Shown: positions 8,701-18,623, numbered from the stretch's first letter. The stretch is DNA of 32,000 nt from Bacillus subtilis subsp. subtilis str. 168 (GCF_000009045.1 NC_000964.3:2580001-2612000), one strand, 5' to 3'. Numbers and translations are program-made. The notes: a model not told the origin generated them from the sequence alone.

Positions 8701-9000
8701 ATGAAGCGTCTCACCTTAGTATGCAGCATTGTTTTTATACTTTTTATTCTTTTTTATGACCTTAAAATTGGAACCATACCCATTCAGGACCTCCCTGTCT
8801 ATGAAGCATCAGCAAAAACGGCTGTACAAGAACCGGCTTATAAAACGGTGAAGGTAAAGCCGGGTGATACGGTTATGTCGATAGTCGGATCAGCAGGTTC
8901 TCCGGATGACATTGTAAAGGATTTTGAAGCACTGAATCCAAATGTGAAAGCTAACGCCATTCAAGCCGGAACAGCGTATAAATTCCCGGTCTACCCTTAA
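8701..9000 (+). CDS. yqfZ: Small membrane-anchored LysM-like domain protein
   Basis: 99 aa. Has an N-terminal TM helix (LVCSIVFILFILFY) and a C-terminal LysM-like segment YKTVKVKPGDTVMSIV...NPNVKANAIQAGTAYKFP. RBS GGGAGG. Confidence 0.8.
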   Translation: MKRLTLVCSIVFILFILFYDLKIGTIPIQDLPVYEASAKTAVQEPAYKTVKVKPGDTVMSIVGSAGSPDDIVKDFEALNPNVKANAIQAGTAYKFPVYP

Positions 9001-9015
9001 TTTAACGTTAATTTC

Positions 9016-9045
9016 TTGTCAGTTCGGCGAAGACACTGTTACAAT
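9016..9045 (+). promoter_or_regulatory. Sigma-A-type promoter candidate for ispG
   Basis: TTGTCA (9016-9021), an 18-nt spacer, then TACAAT (9040-9045) with a TGn extended -10 (TG at 9037-9038). It lies about 85 nt upstream of the ispG start. Confidence 0.5.
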
Positions 9046-9128
9046 GTAATTTGTAAAATAAATTCACATAAACCATACTAGAATTGTTATATCTAGAAGC
9101 GGCAACTACAATTAAGGAGCGATTGCAA

Positions 9129-10256
9129 GTGAGTGAAATCACACATCGTACAAAAACGCGTCCCGTCAAAGTGGGACCTTTAACAATAGGCGGCAACAAT
9201 GAAGTTGTCATCCAAAGCATGACAACAACAAAAACACATGATGTAGAAGCAACGGTTGCGGAAATTAACCGTTTGGCTGAAGCCGGATGCCAAATCGTTC
9301 GGGTAGCATGTCCGGATGAACGGGCGGCAAACGCCATTGCGGATATTAAAAAGCGCATTTCCATTCCTCTCGTTGTTGACATACATTTCGATTATAAACT
9401 TGCGTTGAAAGCCATTGAAGGCGGCGCAGATAAAATCCGAATCAACCCCGGCAATATCGGCCGGCGCGAAAAAGTTGAAGCGGTTGTTAAAGCGGCCAAA
9501 GACAAAGGCATTCCGATCAGAATCGGAGTAAACGCCGGTTCATTGGAAAAACGGATTTTAGAAAAATACGGTTATCCGACTGCCGATGGAATGGTAGAAA
9601 GCGCACTTCATCACATTAAAATTCTTGAGGATCTTGATTTTCACGATATTATTGTCAGCATGAAGGCCTCTGACGTGAACCTTGCAATCGAGGCTTATGA
9701 AAAAGCAGCGAAAGCGTTTGACTACCCGCTTCACCTCGGGATCACCGAGTCAGGAACACTGTTTGCCGGCACAGTAAAGAGCGCAGCAGGACTCGGCGCC
9801 ATTTTAAGCAAAGGCATCGGGAACACCATGCGCATTTCACTAAGCGCAGACCCTGTAGAAGAGGTAAAAGTAGCAAGGGAGCTTCTGAAATCTTTCGGCT
9901 TAGCCTCCAATGCTGCCACGCTCATCTCATGCCCGACTTGCGGCCGTATTGAGATTGATCTAATCAGCATTGCCAATGAAGTGGAAGAGTATATTTCTAA
10001 GATAAAAGCGCCGATTAAAGTTGCTGTTCTCGGCTGCGCTGTAAACGGACCTGGTGAAGCGAGAGAAGCTGATATCGGAATCGCCGGCGCACGCGGTGAA
10101 GGGCTGCTGTTCCGGAAAGGGAAAATTGTCCGTAAGGTTCCAGAGGAAACGATGGTAGAAGAACTCAAAAAAGAAATTGACATTCTTGCTGAGGAACACT
10201 ACGCAAAACTTGAAGCTGAAAAAGCAAAATTAAAAGAAGAAACACAAAAAGCTTGA
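9129..10256 (+). CDS. ispG: 4-hydroxy-3-methylbut-2-enyl diphosphate synthase (MEP pathway, Fe-S)
   Basis: Has the Cys ligand motifs CPTCGR and GCAVNGPGE and a TIM-barrel N-domain. The start is set at GTG 9129 (VSEITHRTK...), 9 nt after AAGGAG (9114-9119). An in-frame TTG at 9123 is an alternative. The ORF-track start 9084 has no RBS. Confidence 0.93.
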   Translation: MSEITHRTKTRPVKVGPLTIGGNNEVVIQSMTTTKTHDVEATVAEINRLAEAGCQIVRVACPDERAANAIADIKKRISIPLVVDIHFDYKLALKAIEGGADKIRINPGNIGRREKVEAVVKAAKDKGIPIRIGVNAGSLEKRILEKYGYPTADGMVESALHHIKILEDLDFHDIIVSMKASDVNLAIEAYEKAAKAFDYPLHLGITESGTLFAGTVKSAAGLGAILSKGIGNTMRISLSADPVEEVKVARELLKSFGLASNAATLISCPTCGRIEIDLISIANEVEEYISKIKAPIKVAVLGCAVNGPGEAREADIGIAGARGEGLLFRKGKIVRKVPEETMVEELKKEIDILAEEHYAKLEAEKAKLKEETQKA

Positions 10257-10278
10257 CGGGAACCCGTCAAGCTTTTTT
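10249..10278. terminator. Bidirectional intrinsic terminator shared by convergent ispG and yqfX
   Basis: Perfect 12-bp stem AAGCTTGACGGG-aa-CCCGTCAAGCTT flanked by an A-run and a T-run. The ispG stop codon lies inside the stem. Confidence 0.85.
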
Positions 10279-10281
10279 GTG

Positions 10282-10665
10282 TTAGAAAAATGGAATAATA
10301 AATATTCCAAGCACTAATGAAACGACACCGATACCCATTGCCCAGGCTCCAAGGCCTTGAGCACCTCTTCTTCTTGCGATATAGCCGACAATAATACCAG
10401 CAGCTCCCAATAAAACAGGCAGTACAAACAATGAAATGATGGACAAGGCTAAAGCGATGTACCCTATTCCCCGTCCTTCATTGACATTGCCGCCGCTGCG
10501 ATCATTGTCTTGGTCATTGCTGCGGTCAGCAGCACGATAAGGCTCTGCGATTTCAGCAGCTGTTTCCTCAAAAAAACCGTCATTGTCGCGGGTAATATTT
10601 GTCCCTTCAGATCCATGATCAACATAGTAACTGTTGTTATCACGCTTTTCGTAATCGTTTGCCAC
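10282..10665 (-). CDS. yqfX: Small membrane protein with an acidic N-terminal region and two C-terminal TM helices
   Basis: The best start is GTG 10665 (VANDYEKRDNN...), 8 nt after AAGGGGG. An in-frame TTG at 10671 is an alternative. The ORF-track TTG at 10758 lacks an RBS. The C-terminus GYIALALSIISLFVLPVLLGAAGIIVGYIARRR...GIGVVSLVLGIFIIPFF forms two TM helices. Confidence 0.75.
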   Translation of the reverse strand: MANDYEKRDNNSYYVDHGSEGTNITRDNDGFFEETAAEIAEPYRAADRSNDQDNDRSGGNVNEGRGIGYIALALSIISLFVLPVLLGAAGIIVGYIARRRGAQGLGAWAMGIGVVSLVLGIFIIPFF

Positions 10666-10803
10666 CTTCAATTCCCCCTTCTGTTTTATTAAAGGAGCTT
10701 TTATAGTTTGATCCATTTTGCCTGATTCATGTTTGCTAAACTTTTCTGTTAATGTCAATTGTTTATGTTACACTTGAAGGGATGAAACTGAAGGAGTGTG
10801 GGC

Positions 10804-11385
10804 ATGTTACGCTTAGGAATAGATATTGACGGCACAATCACGGCTCAGGATACATTCGTCCCTTATTTGAACCGTTCGTTTAATCTTTCCATTTCATTAA
10901 ACGATATGACGGATTATGATTTAACAAAGCTGTTAAACATTACCCAGGAAGAATTTTGGGATTGGATGAATCAAAATGAAGCGATCATATATAAGGAAGC
11001 ATTGCTTGCACAGCATGCGAAACAGTCTCTCGATCTTCTCAAAGAGGAGCACAAGCTTATTTATATTACAGCGAGACGGACTCATTTAACTGATATTACT
11101 TATGAATGGTTTGACAGACAAAACATTCATTATGACCACATCGAACTTGTTGGGGGTCATCACAAAGTTGAAGCGGTCAAGAATCATAACATCGACCTGT
11201 TTTTTGAGGATCATCACGGGAACGCCATGATGATTGCGAAAGAAGCCGGGATACCGGTGATTTTGTTCAATTCCCCTTATAATCAGCTTCCGATTGATTC
11301 AAACATCATCAGAGTAAACAACTGGCTAGAAGCCGTTCAATGGATGAACAACAACAAGCATCACTTAATACGCGTCAATAACTGA
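10804..11385 (+). CDS. yqfW: HAD-superfamily 5'(3')-deoxyribonucleotidase-like phosphatase
   Basis: HAD motif I is DIDGT at the N-terminus (MLRLGIDIDGTIT). ATG 10804 lies 7 nt after AAGGAG (10791-10796). The ORF-track GTG 10798 overlaps the RBS spacing. Confidence 0.8.
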   Translation: MLRLGIDIDGTITAQDTFVPYLNRSFNLSISLNDMTDYDLTKLLNITQEEFWDWMNQNEAIIYKEALLAQHAKQSLDLLKEEHKLIYITARRTHLTDITYEWFDRQNIHYDHIELVGGHHKVEAVKNHNIDLFFEDHHGNAMMIAKEAGIPVILFNSPYNQLPIDSNIIRVNNWLEAVQWMNNNKHHLIRVNN

Positions 11386-11413
11386 AAAAGGAGCCCAAAC
11401 CGGGCCCCTTTTT
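11385..11413. terminator. Bidirectional terminator between convergent yqfW and zur
   Basis: AAAAA-GGAGCCC-aaacc-GGGCCCC-TTTTT. The GC-rich stem has one mismatch and is flanked by an A-run and a T-run. Confidence 0.65.
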
Positions 11414-11427
11414 CATATATACGCATT

Positions 11428-11865
11428 TTACGCAGTAGTGTTTTCTTGGTTTTCCGCTGTACAATCAGGGCATGTGCCATAAATCTCAAATTTATGCCCG
11501 CTGACCTGATAGCCATCCAAATCATCACAAAGCTTGTCCATCGGACATGATTCAATTTCCTTTGTTTTGCCGCAGGCAAGACAAATAAAATGATGGTGGT
11601 GATGGGTGAATGAACACTTAAATCGGAAGAGCTTTTCACCGGACAGCTCAGTTGTTTCCAAAATCCCAAGTTCTTCATATAAAGAAAGATTTCTGTAGAT
11701 TGTATCAAAGCTTAAGCCTGGATAATCATCATTCAGTGCAGACAGTACGTTTTTAGCGGTAAGATATCTGTCTGAATCAGCAAAAAGCTGCAGCATATCC
11801 TCCCGTTTGTTTGTATATTTATATCCGTTTTCTTTTAATAGGTTCAGCGCTTCTTGGACGTTCAT
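11428..11865 (-). CDS. zur: Zinc uptake regulator Zur (Fur family)
   Basis: 145 aa. Has a Fur-family winged helix, a histidine cluster [14 protein letters not shown] and a C-terminal CPDC. RBS AAGGGGGA. Recognised as Zur (YqfV). Confidence 0.93.
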   Translation of the reverse strand: MNVQEALNLLKENGYKYTNKREDMLQLFADSDRYLTAKNVLSALNDDYPGLSFDTIYRNLSLYEELGILETTELSGEKLFRFKCSFTHHHHHFICLACGKTKEIESCPMDKLCDDLDGYQVSGHKFEIYGTCPDCTAENQENTTA

Positions 11866-11910
11866 GAAGGGTCCCCCTTTTCGCTTTGCTTAAGAACGTA
11901 TCACATGTAT

Positions 11911-11951
11911 GAAAAAGAAAATGGCAGCTGTCTGTCCAGCAAGCCATTTTC
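11911..11951 (-). terminator. Terminator-like hairpin downstream of yqfU / upstream of zur
   Basis: On the minus strand, GAAAAUGGC-17 nt-GCCAUUUUC (9-bp perfect stem, 11917-11925 / 11943-11951) is followed by UUUUU. Confidence 0.6.
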
Positions 11952-11966
11952 TTTACTGCAGATAAA

Positions 11967-11995
11967 ATTATACCCATAAAATGAATAAAAGTAAA
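11967..11995 (-). promoter_or_regulatory. Sigma-A-type promoter candidate reading toward zur
   Basis: The minus strand has TTTACT (11995-11990), a 17-nt spacer, then TATAAT (11972-11967). It lies between the yqfU stop and the hairpin above. Confidence 0.4.
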
Positions 11996-12002
11996 TGAAA
12001 GC

Positions 12003-12911
<909 letters not shown>

Positions 12912-12999
12912 TTAAATACATTATAAATCTATTTTACCATTAAACACTGACACATTTTACTGATTTGCCCATACATTAAGTCTGGAGGTGGAATGACCG

Positions 13000-13254
13000 A
13001 TGATTTTATTTCAAAGAATTATTTTGCAGCGGCTTAATCAGGCTACTGCTGATGATTTGCTGAAGTACTCAAAACAATACGGAATCAGCTTAACAAGATC
13101 GCAGGCCGTTGAAGTAGCGAACCTGTTATACGGGAAAAATGTAAACATCTTTAATGAGAGTGAACGAATGCGGCTGCTGAAACAAGTAGAGACGATTACA
13201 TCGAAAGAAACAGCTCAAACAGTTAATGAACTATTCAAACAATTTACAAGCTAA
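13000..13254 (+). CDS. yqfT: Small soluble protein of unknown function (DUF2624-like)
   Basis: 84-aa ORF preceded by GGAGGTG 9 nt upstream. Its position between yqfU and nfo matches B. subtilis yqfT. Confidence 0.7.
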   Translation: MILFQRIILQRLNQATADDLLKYSKQYGISLTRSQAVEVANLLYGKNVNIFNESERMRLLKQVETITSKETAQTVNELFKQFTS

Positions 13255-13282
13255 AAAATGGGGGTGTTATCCCCCATTTTTT
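13253..13282. terminator. Bidirectional terminator between convergent yqfT and nfo
   Basis: AAAAAA-TGGGGG-tgttat-CCCCCA-TTTTTT. The full stem is 8 bp, AATGGGGG / CCCCCATT. The nfo stop overlaps the T-run. Confidence 0.85.
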
Positions 13283-14174
13283 ATTGCTGTAAAATCTTTT
13301 CAAGCAATGTATCATCAAATTGTTTTTCTTTCAGCATTTCAATCTCAAAACGGTATGGCGGTTTTTTGTTCTTTTTATCTTCACCGACGTATGGTGTTTC
13401 AAGAATTTTTGGAATGTCTTTTAACTGCTCATGGTGAACAACATATTGCAGTGCGTCAAAACCTATTTCACCAAAGCCAATATTTTCATGGCGGTCTTTT
13501 CTCGCACCTTTGACATTTTTGCTGTCATTGATATGAAGCACTTTAATACGGTCAATGCCAATGATTTTATCGAACTCATTTAGCACTCCGTCAAAGTCTT
13601 CGACAATGTTATACCCGGCATCATGTGTATGGCACGTGTCAAAGCACACTGACAGCTGCTCATTGTGTGTAACGCCTTCGATAATCTGCGCAAGCTCCTC
13701 AAAGCTTCTGCCGCATTCTGATCCTTTTCCAGCCATTGTTTCTAATGCAATCTGGACATTTTGATTCGGATCAATCACTTCATTTAAGCCTTCAATAATT
13801 TTTTTGATGCCGGCTTCAGCTCCTGCCCCTACGTGAGCGCCAGGATGAAGGACAATTTGCTTCGCTCCGATGGCCGCTGTCCGTTCAATTTCTGAACGAA
13901 GAAAATCAACACCCAGCTCAAAAGTGGACGGATTTGTCGTGTTGCCAATATTAATAATATAAGGCGCGTGTACGATAATCTCGTCAATGCCGTTTTCTTG
14001 CATATGTGCCCGGCCTGCTTCTATATTTAAGTCTTCAATTTTCTTTCGGCGCGTATTTTGCGGTGCGCCTGTATAGATCATAAACGTATTCGCCCCATAA
14101 GAGACTGCTTCCTGGCTTGCAGCCAGAAGCATATGTTTTCCGCTCATAGAGACGTGTGAGCCTATTCTCAGCAA
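13281..14174 (-). CDS. nfo: Endonuclease IV (AP endonuclease)
   Basis: 297 aa with the Nfo/xylose-isomerase-like TIM barrel (MLRIGSHVS..., [16 protein letters not shown]). It has a TTG start preceded by AGGGGA and begins only 9 nt after the cshB stop, so co-transcription is likely. Confidence 0.93.
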   Translation of the reverse strand: MLRIGSHVSMSGKHMLLAASQEAVSYGANTFMIYTGAPQNTRRKKIEDLNIEAGRAHMQENGIDEIIVHAPYIINIGNTTNPSTFELGVDFLRSEIERTAAIGAKQIVLHPGAHVGAGAEAGIKKIIEGLNEVIDPNQNVQIALETMAGKGSECGRSFEELAQIIEGVTHNEQLSVCFDTCHTHDAGYNIVEDFDGVLNEFDKIIGIDRIKVLHINDSKNVKGARKDRHENIGFGEIGFDALQYVVHHEQLKDIPKILETPYVGEDKKNKKPPYRFEIEMLKEKQFDDTLLEKILQQ

Positions 14175-14183
14175 CAGGTTCCC

Positions 14184-15500
14184 CTACTTTCTTTTCTTAG
14201 ATTGGTTTCTTCTCTGTTTTTTCTTGATTTTCTCCATCTCATAGCTCATTTTCTTTTTATACCCAGGCTTAACCTTCTTCGGCTTTTTCACGAGACGATG
14301 AGCAATTTCATCCGCTTCATTCGGCGTTTTTTTACGTTTTTTGCGGCGCTGACGGTCATCGCCTTTTTTCCATTCGCCCTTTTCAAGCTCTAAGTACTCA
14401 AATTCGATGCCCATTTTTTCAAGTCTTACTAATGCATCCTCATCAGTAAGCTCATAAATGGTCATCGCTTGTCCTGATGAGCCGGCACGAGCCGTTCTGC
14501 CCACACGGTGAACATAGAAATCGAGATCATCCGGCAGCTCATAGTTGATAACATGGCTGACACCTTTAATATCAATACCTCTTGCGGCAAGGTCAGTTGC
14601 AATGATATATGTGAATTCCAAATCATTGATCTGCTTCATGACTTTTTTCCGCTCACGTGGTGTTAATCCGCCGTGCAGCAAGCCGATTTTCATGCCTTTG
14701 CCAGTCAGATACTGGGCAATATGGTCAGCCGTATTTTTCGTGTTGGCAAACACAATCCCCAGGTATGGATTCAGATGCGACATGATGTCAAAAAGGAGCT
14801 TGTCCTTGTCACGATGTTTCGAAGGAATGAGGATATGCTCGATTTTCGCAGCAGTCACCTGTTTTGGCTCCACATGGGCGTATTTCGGATTTTCCATGTA
14901 TTTCTTCAAGAATGGTTTCAGCTTTTCCGGTATGGTCGCTGAGAACACAAGCATTTGCAGATCCTCAGGCATGCGGGAACCGATGTAATCTACATCTGCA
15001 AGGAATCCCATGTCCAGCATTAAATCCGCTTCATCAATAACAAGAGATTCCGCTTTATGAACACTTAACGCCTGTTCTTTGATTAAGTCAGCAATCCGTC
15101 CAGGTGTACCGACAACAAGATGCGGCTGTATTTTCAATTTATCAATTGATTTTTGTTTATCAGTGCCTCCGATAAAACATTTCGAGCGAATCTGACTTCC
15201 TTCTTCACCCTGCGTGATTTTAAGCGCTTCCTGATAAATCTGGTTGGCAAGCTCTCTTGTCGGAGCCGTAATGACTACCTGAACGACATCCTTAGCAGGA
15301 TCGATTTTGTTTAATAAAGGCAGTAAATAAGCGTGAGTCTTTCCAGTACCCGTCTGAGACTGGCCGATGACGCTTTCTTTTTTTAACACTGCAGGAATCA
15401 GCCTTTTCTGGATATCAGTCGGTTCGTAAAAACCAAGGCGATGTACTGCATCTATAATAAATGGTTTCAATTCATAAAGTTCAAATTTCGTTTCTTTCAT
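14184..15500 (-). CDS. cshB: DEAD-box RNA helicase CshB
   Basis: Has motif I GQSQTGTGKT, DEAD, SAT and HRVGRTARAG, plus a lysine-rich C-terminal tail. The start is MKETKFELYE at 15500 after AAGGAG. The ORF-track start adds 9 codons. Confidence 0.95.
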   Translation of the reverse strand: MKETKFELYELKPFIIDAVHRLGFYEPTDIQKRLIPAVLKKESVIGQSQTGTGKTHAYLLPLLNKIDPAKDVVQVVITAPTRELANQIYQEALKITQGEEGSQIRSKCFIGGTDKQKSIDKLKIQPHLVVGTPGRIADLIKEQALSVHKAESLVIDEADLMLDMGFLADVDYIGSRMPEDLQMLVFSATIPEKLKPFLKKYMENPKYAHVEPKQVTAAKIEHILIPSKHRDKDKLLFDIMSHLNPYLGIVFANTKNTADHIAQYLTGKGMKIGLLHGGLTPRERKKVMKQINDLEFTYIIATDLAARGIDIKGVSHVINYELPDDLDFYVHRVGRTARAGSSGQAMTIYELTDEDALVRLEKMGIEFEYLELEKGEWKKGDDRQRRKKRKKTPNEADEIAHRLVKKPKKVKPGYKKKMSYEMEKIKKKQRRNQSKKRK

Positions 15501-15668
15501 TTTTCCCAGCTCCTTAAAGCGGCACATTATGTGTCCATCATCACATTATACCCGATTTTGCTTAAAAACACCACGTTTGCAAGGCGTTTGTTTTATTCAG
15601 TTATGTAAAGCAAATACCGCAGCCCATGCATATTCTAATAGCAGAGAGAGCTGAAAGGAGGTACAAGT

Positions 15669-16412
15669 ATGTTTTCACCGCAGCAGCCAATGAGAAATTA
15701 CCCACAGCCCGGACCGCCCCGCCCCATGCCAAATCAGCGAATGATGGGCAGAAGACCGCCTAATATGCGAGGACCTTCATTTGGAGCACAGCAGCAAGGT
15801 TTTCAGCAAGCCGGACAATTTCTTCCTCAGGCAAATGCCGGAGCGAGAAATGGTGCAGGTGCAGGCGGAGGCTTAAAAGGAATGCTGTCAAGGTTCCTCC
15901 CCGGCGGAGGAGGCGCTGGCAGCGCCGGGGTTCCCGGAATTCCAGGAGCAGGTGCAGCAGCGAGCGGAGGTGCTGGCCTGCAAGGCATTCAAAATATTGC
16001 CAATCCTGCATCATTATCCAGTATGCTTGGAAATGTGCAAAAAGTACTCGGCATGGCGCAGCAAGTCACCCCTATGATCCAGCAGTACGGCCCATTAGTC
16101 CGCAATCTGCCAGCAATGATGAAGCTGTACAGCCAATTAAGTAAAAGTGATGATACTGAGACAGAGGCCAATGAGGAAAGTGAAAAACAATCCGTTTCAG
16201 AAGAATCATCAGAAAAAGAAAAAGAGACTGAAACAAAAACCTCAGATGGGAACAAAAAATCAAAACCAAAAAGTTCTTCTCTCCCAAAGAAATCTAAAAC
16301 AACTGACAATAAAGAACAAGAATTAAAAACATCTGCCCCGAAGAAAAAGGAAGCTGCCTCTCCTGCTCCGAAAAGAACATCAGGCAGTTCAAAACCGAGA
16401 TTATATATTTAA
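15669..16412 (+). CDS. yqfQ: Low-complexity protein YqfQ (homologue of the Bacillus anthracis vrrA ORF)
   Basis: 247 aa. AAAGGAGG RBS. The N-terminus is P/Q/M/R-rich, followed by a G/A-rich tract, a short ordered core (IQNIANPASLSSMLGNVQKVLGMAQQVTPMIQQYGPLV) and a K/S/E/T-rich tail. Confidence 0.85.
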   Translation: MFSPQQPMRNYPQPGPPRPMPNQRMMGRRPPNMRGPSFGAQQQGFQQAGQFLPQANAGARNGAGAGGGLKGMLSRFLPGGGGAGSAGVPGIPGAGAAASGGAGLQGIQNIANPASLSSMLGNVQKVLGMAQQVTPMIQQYGPLVRNLPAMMKLYSQLSKSDDTETEANEESEKQSVSEESSEKEKETETKTSDGNKKSKPKSSSLPKKSKTTDNKEQELKTSAPKKKEAASPAPKRTSGSSKPRLYI

Positions 16413-16418
16413 CATTCT

Positions 16419-16447
16419 TTGATATCTTAAGTGAGATTGGCTATAAT
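16419..16447 (+). promoter_or_regulatory. Near-consensus sigma-A promoter upstream of ispH
   Basis: TTGATA (16419-16424), a 17-nt spacer, then TATAAT (16442-16447). It starts 7 nt after the yqfQ stop codon. Confidence 0.55.
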
Positions 16448-16469
16448 GAGATCAGAAGAATGCAAGAAT

Positions 16470-16493
16470 AGAGCCGTTTGATTACGGCTTTTT
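16470..16493 (+). terminator. Intrinsic-terminator-like hairpin (yqfQ terminator and/or ispH leader attenuator)
   Basis: AGAGCCGU-uugauu-ACGGCUUU (8 bp including one G-U) is followed by UUUUAU. It lies downstream of the promoter above and 42 nt upstream of the ispH ATG. Confidence 0.6.
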
Positions 16494-16534
16494 ATATTGC
16501 CTTTACTCACTTCAGTATTGGAGGACAACCGAAA

Positions 16535-17479
16535 ATGGACGTAATTAAAATTTCACCGCGCGGCTATTGCTATGGTGTTGTTGATGCTATGGTCATTGCC
16601 AAAAATGCGTCGCTAGATAAAAGCTTGCCAAGACCCATCTATATACTCGGGATGATTGTTCATAATAAACACGTCACTGATGCGTTTGAAGAGGAAGGGA
16701 TTTTTACATTGGACGGCTCTAACCGTCTGGACATCTTAAAGCAGGTTGACAAAGGAACTGTCATTTTCACTGCGCACGGTGTTTCTCCCGAAGTCAGAAG
16801 AATCGCAGAAGAAAAAGGGTTAGTCGCAATTGATGCTACATGTCCGGATGTGACAAAAACTCATAATCTAATCTTAGAGATGAAAGAAAAAGGATATCAC
16901 GTGATCTATATCGGCAAAAAAGGGCATCCAGAGCCTGAGGGAGCCGTTGGCGTAGCGCCGGAGATCGTTCACTTAGTTGAAACAGAAGAAGATGTAAAGA
17001 ACCTTGATATCCAATCTGAGAAGTTAATCGTGACGAATCAAACAACAATGTCTCAATGGGATGTTCACGACATTATGGAGCTTGTCAAAGAAAAATATCC
17101 TCATGTCGAATATCACCAAGAGATTTGCCTCGCTACTCAAGTGCGGCAGGAAGCTGTATCAGAGCAGGCAAAAAAAGCGGACTTAACAATCGTTGTCGGA
17201 GACCCGAAAAGCAACAATTCAAATAGGCTTGCTCAAGTGTCAGAGGAAATAGCCGGGACAAAAGCATACCGGATCGGCGACTTAAGCGAATTGAAGCTCG
17301 AATGGCTGAAAGGCGTTAATACCGTTGCAGTTACAGCGGGAGCTTCAACACCGACGCCGATCACAAAAGAAGTCATTCGCTTTTTAGAGCAGTTTGATCA
17401 CGAAGATCCATCAACTTGGACAACTGAACATAATATACCGCTCAAAAAAATACTTCCAAAAGTAAAAGCAAAAAACTGA
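16535..17479 (+). CDS. ispH: 4-hydroxy-3-methylbut-2-enyl diphosphate reductase (MEP pathway, Fe-S)
   Basis: 314 aa from [15 protein letters not shown], with the three conserved Cys contexts (GYCYGV, DATCPDV, EICLAT). GGAGG lies at 16520-16524. The ORF-track TTG at 16478 sits inside the hairpin loop and is spurious. Confidence 0.95.
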   Translation: MDVIKISPRGYCYGVVDAMVIAKNASLDKSLPRPIYILGMIVHNKHVTDAFEEEGIFTLDGSNRLDILKQVDKGTVIFTAHGVSPEVRRIAEEKGLVAIDATCPDVTKTHNLILEMKEKGYHVIYIGKKGHPEPEGAVGVAPEIVHLVETEEDVKNLDIQSEKLIVTNQTTMSQWDVHDIMELVKEKYPHVEYHQEICLATQVRQEAVSEQAKKADLTIVVGDPKSNNSNRLAQVSEEIAGTKAYRIGDLSELKLEWLKGVNTVAVTAGASTPTPITKEVIRFLEQFDHEDPSTWTTEHNIPLKKILPKVKAKN

Positions 17480-17503
17480 GGCTGTAAAAGCCTCAGTTTT
17501 TTT
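17471..17503. terminator. Bidirectional terminator between convergent ispH and yqfO
   Basis: AAAAA-CTGAGGCT-gtaaa-AGCCTCAG-TTTTTTT. The stem is a perfect 8 bp. The ispH stop lies inside the stem and the yqfO stop overlaps the T-run. Confidence 0.85.
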
Positions 17504-18623
17504 ATAGAAATGTAAATGGATTTGTATCTGTTTCAGAAACAAAGATATTCACGCCAAACTTTTTATCATTACACATTGATGTAAGTTTTCTCGTGACGCC
17601 TTCTTTCATGATTTTTTCCGCGTAATGGCCCGGATCAACCACATTTAGGCCAAGCATCATCGCATCATGGGCCACATGGAAGTATAAATCTCCTGTGACG
17701 TAAACATCGGCTCCCTTTCGTTTTGCATGATGAATATACTTGTTTCCATCTCCGCCAAGAACAGCTACTTTTTTCACCATGCTGTCAGCATCCCCAACCA
17801 TTCTGACACCATTGACGTCAAGCTTGTCTTTCACAAATAAAGCGAATTCCTTGAGCGTCATCTCATTTTTAAGGGTTCCGACACGGCCGAGCCCTTTTTC
17901 GGCGGGAGTCTGTTCGACAGGATAGATATCGTAAGCGACTTCTTCATATGGATGGCTTTTTATCATTGCATTGATAACAGCCTTTTCGACGCTTTTAGGA
18001 AATACAGTCTCAAGCCTTACTTCATGAACAAGCTCAAGCTCTCCCACTTCACCGATAAAAGGCTTAGCTCCGTCCAATGGCTTAAAGCTGCCGATTCCTT
18101 CAGATGAAAACGCGCAATGGCTGTATTCACCGATATGGCCGGCCCCCGCATTTCCGAGCGCGGCTCTGACCTGCTCTTCATATTCCTTCGGCACGTAAAC
18201 TGCCAGCTTTTTCAGAGGATCCGTATAAGTAGGTGCCAGCACTTCCGTCTCACTCAGCTCTAATGCTTCAGCAAGCAAATCATTCACACCGCCGTCCGCA
18301 ACGTCTAAATTTGTATGAGCTGCATAAACAGCAATATCATGCTTCAAACACTTTTCAATTAACCTTCCGGCAGGCTGATCTGTTGAAATATGCTTTAGCG
18401 ACCGGAAAATTGGTGGATGGTGTGCAATAATCAAGTCAACCTCTTTTTCAATCGCTTCATCGATAACGCTCTCTAACACATCAAGTGTAACCATCACATT
18501 TTTAATTGGTTTGTTTAAGGTGCCGATTTGCAGGCCGATTTTATCTCCTTCAACCGCATAGGCTTTCGGGGAAAATTGTTCAAACAGCTGGATGATCTGC
18601 TGCCCATTTACACTTTTAGCCAT
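17502..18623 (-). CDS. yqfO: NIF3-family dinuclear-metal protein (annotated as GTP cyclohydrolase 1 type 2 homologue); function unknown
   Basis: 373 aa. Has the NIF3 signature (IIAHHPPIF, HTNLD) with an inserted central domain. AAAGGAGGT RBS. Its ATG overlaps the trmK stop by 8 nt. Confidence 0.88.
   Translation of the reverse strand: MAKSVNGQQIIQLFEQFSPKAYAVEGDKIGLQIGTLNKPIKNVMVTLDVLESVIDEAIEKEVDLIIAHHPPIFRSLKHISTDQPAGRLIEKCLKHDIAVYAAHTNLDVADGGVNDLLAEALELSETEVLAPTYTDPLKKLAVYVPKEYEEQVRAALGNAGAGHIGEYSHCAFSSEGIGSFKPLDGAKPFIGEVGELELVHEVRLETVFPKSVEKAVINAMIKSHPYEEVAYDIYPVEQTPAEKGLGRVGTLKNEMTLKEFALFVKDKLDVNGVRMVGDADSMVKKVAVLGGDGNKYIHHAKRKGADVYVTGDLYFHVAHDAMMLGLNVVDPGHYAEKIMKEGVTRKLTSMCNDKKFGVNIFVSETDTNPFTFL

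Noticed and set aside
9002-9011. Perfect 10-bp palindrome TTAACGTTAA right after the yqfZ stop
   Set aside because: It is short and AT-rich, with no U-run and no second copy. It is expected by chance in AT-rich intergenic DNA.
15840-15990. Reiterated GGTGCAGG / GGAGG motifs that might look like a tandem repeat or CRISPR-like array
   Set aside because: They are in-frame Gly/Ala codons inside yqfQ, irregular in unit and spacing, with no repeat-spacer structure.
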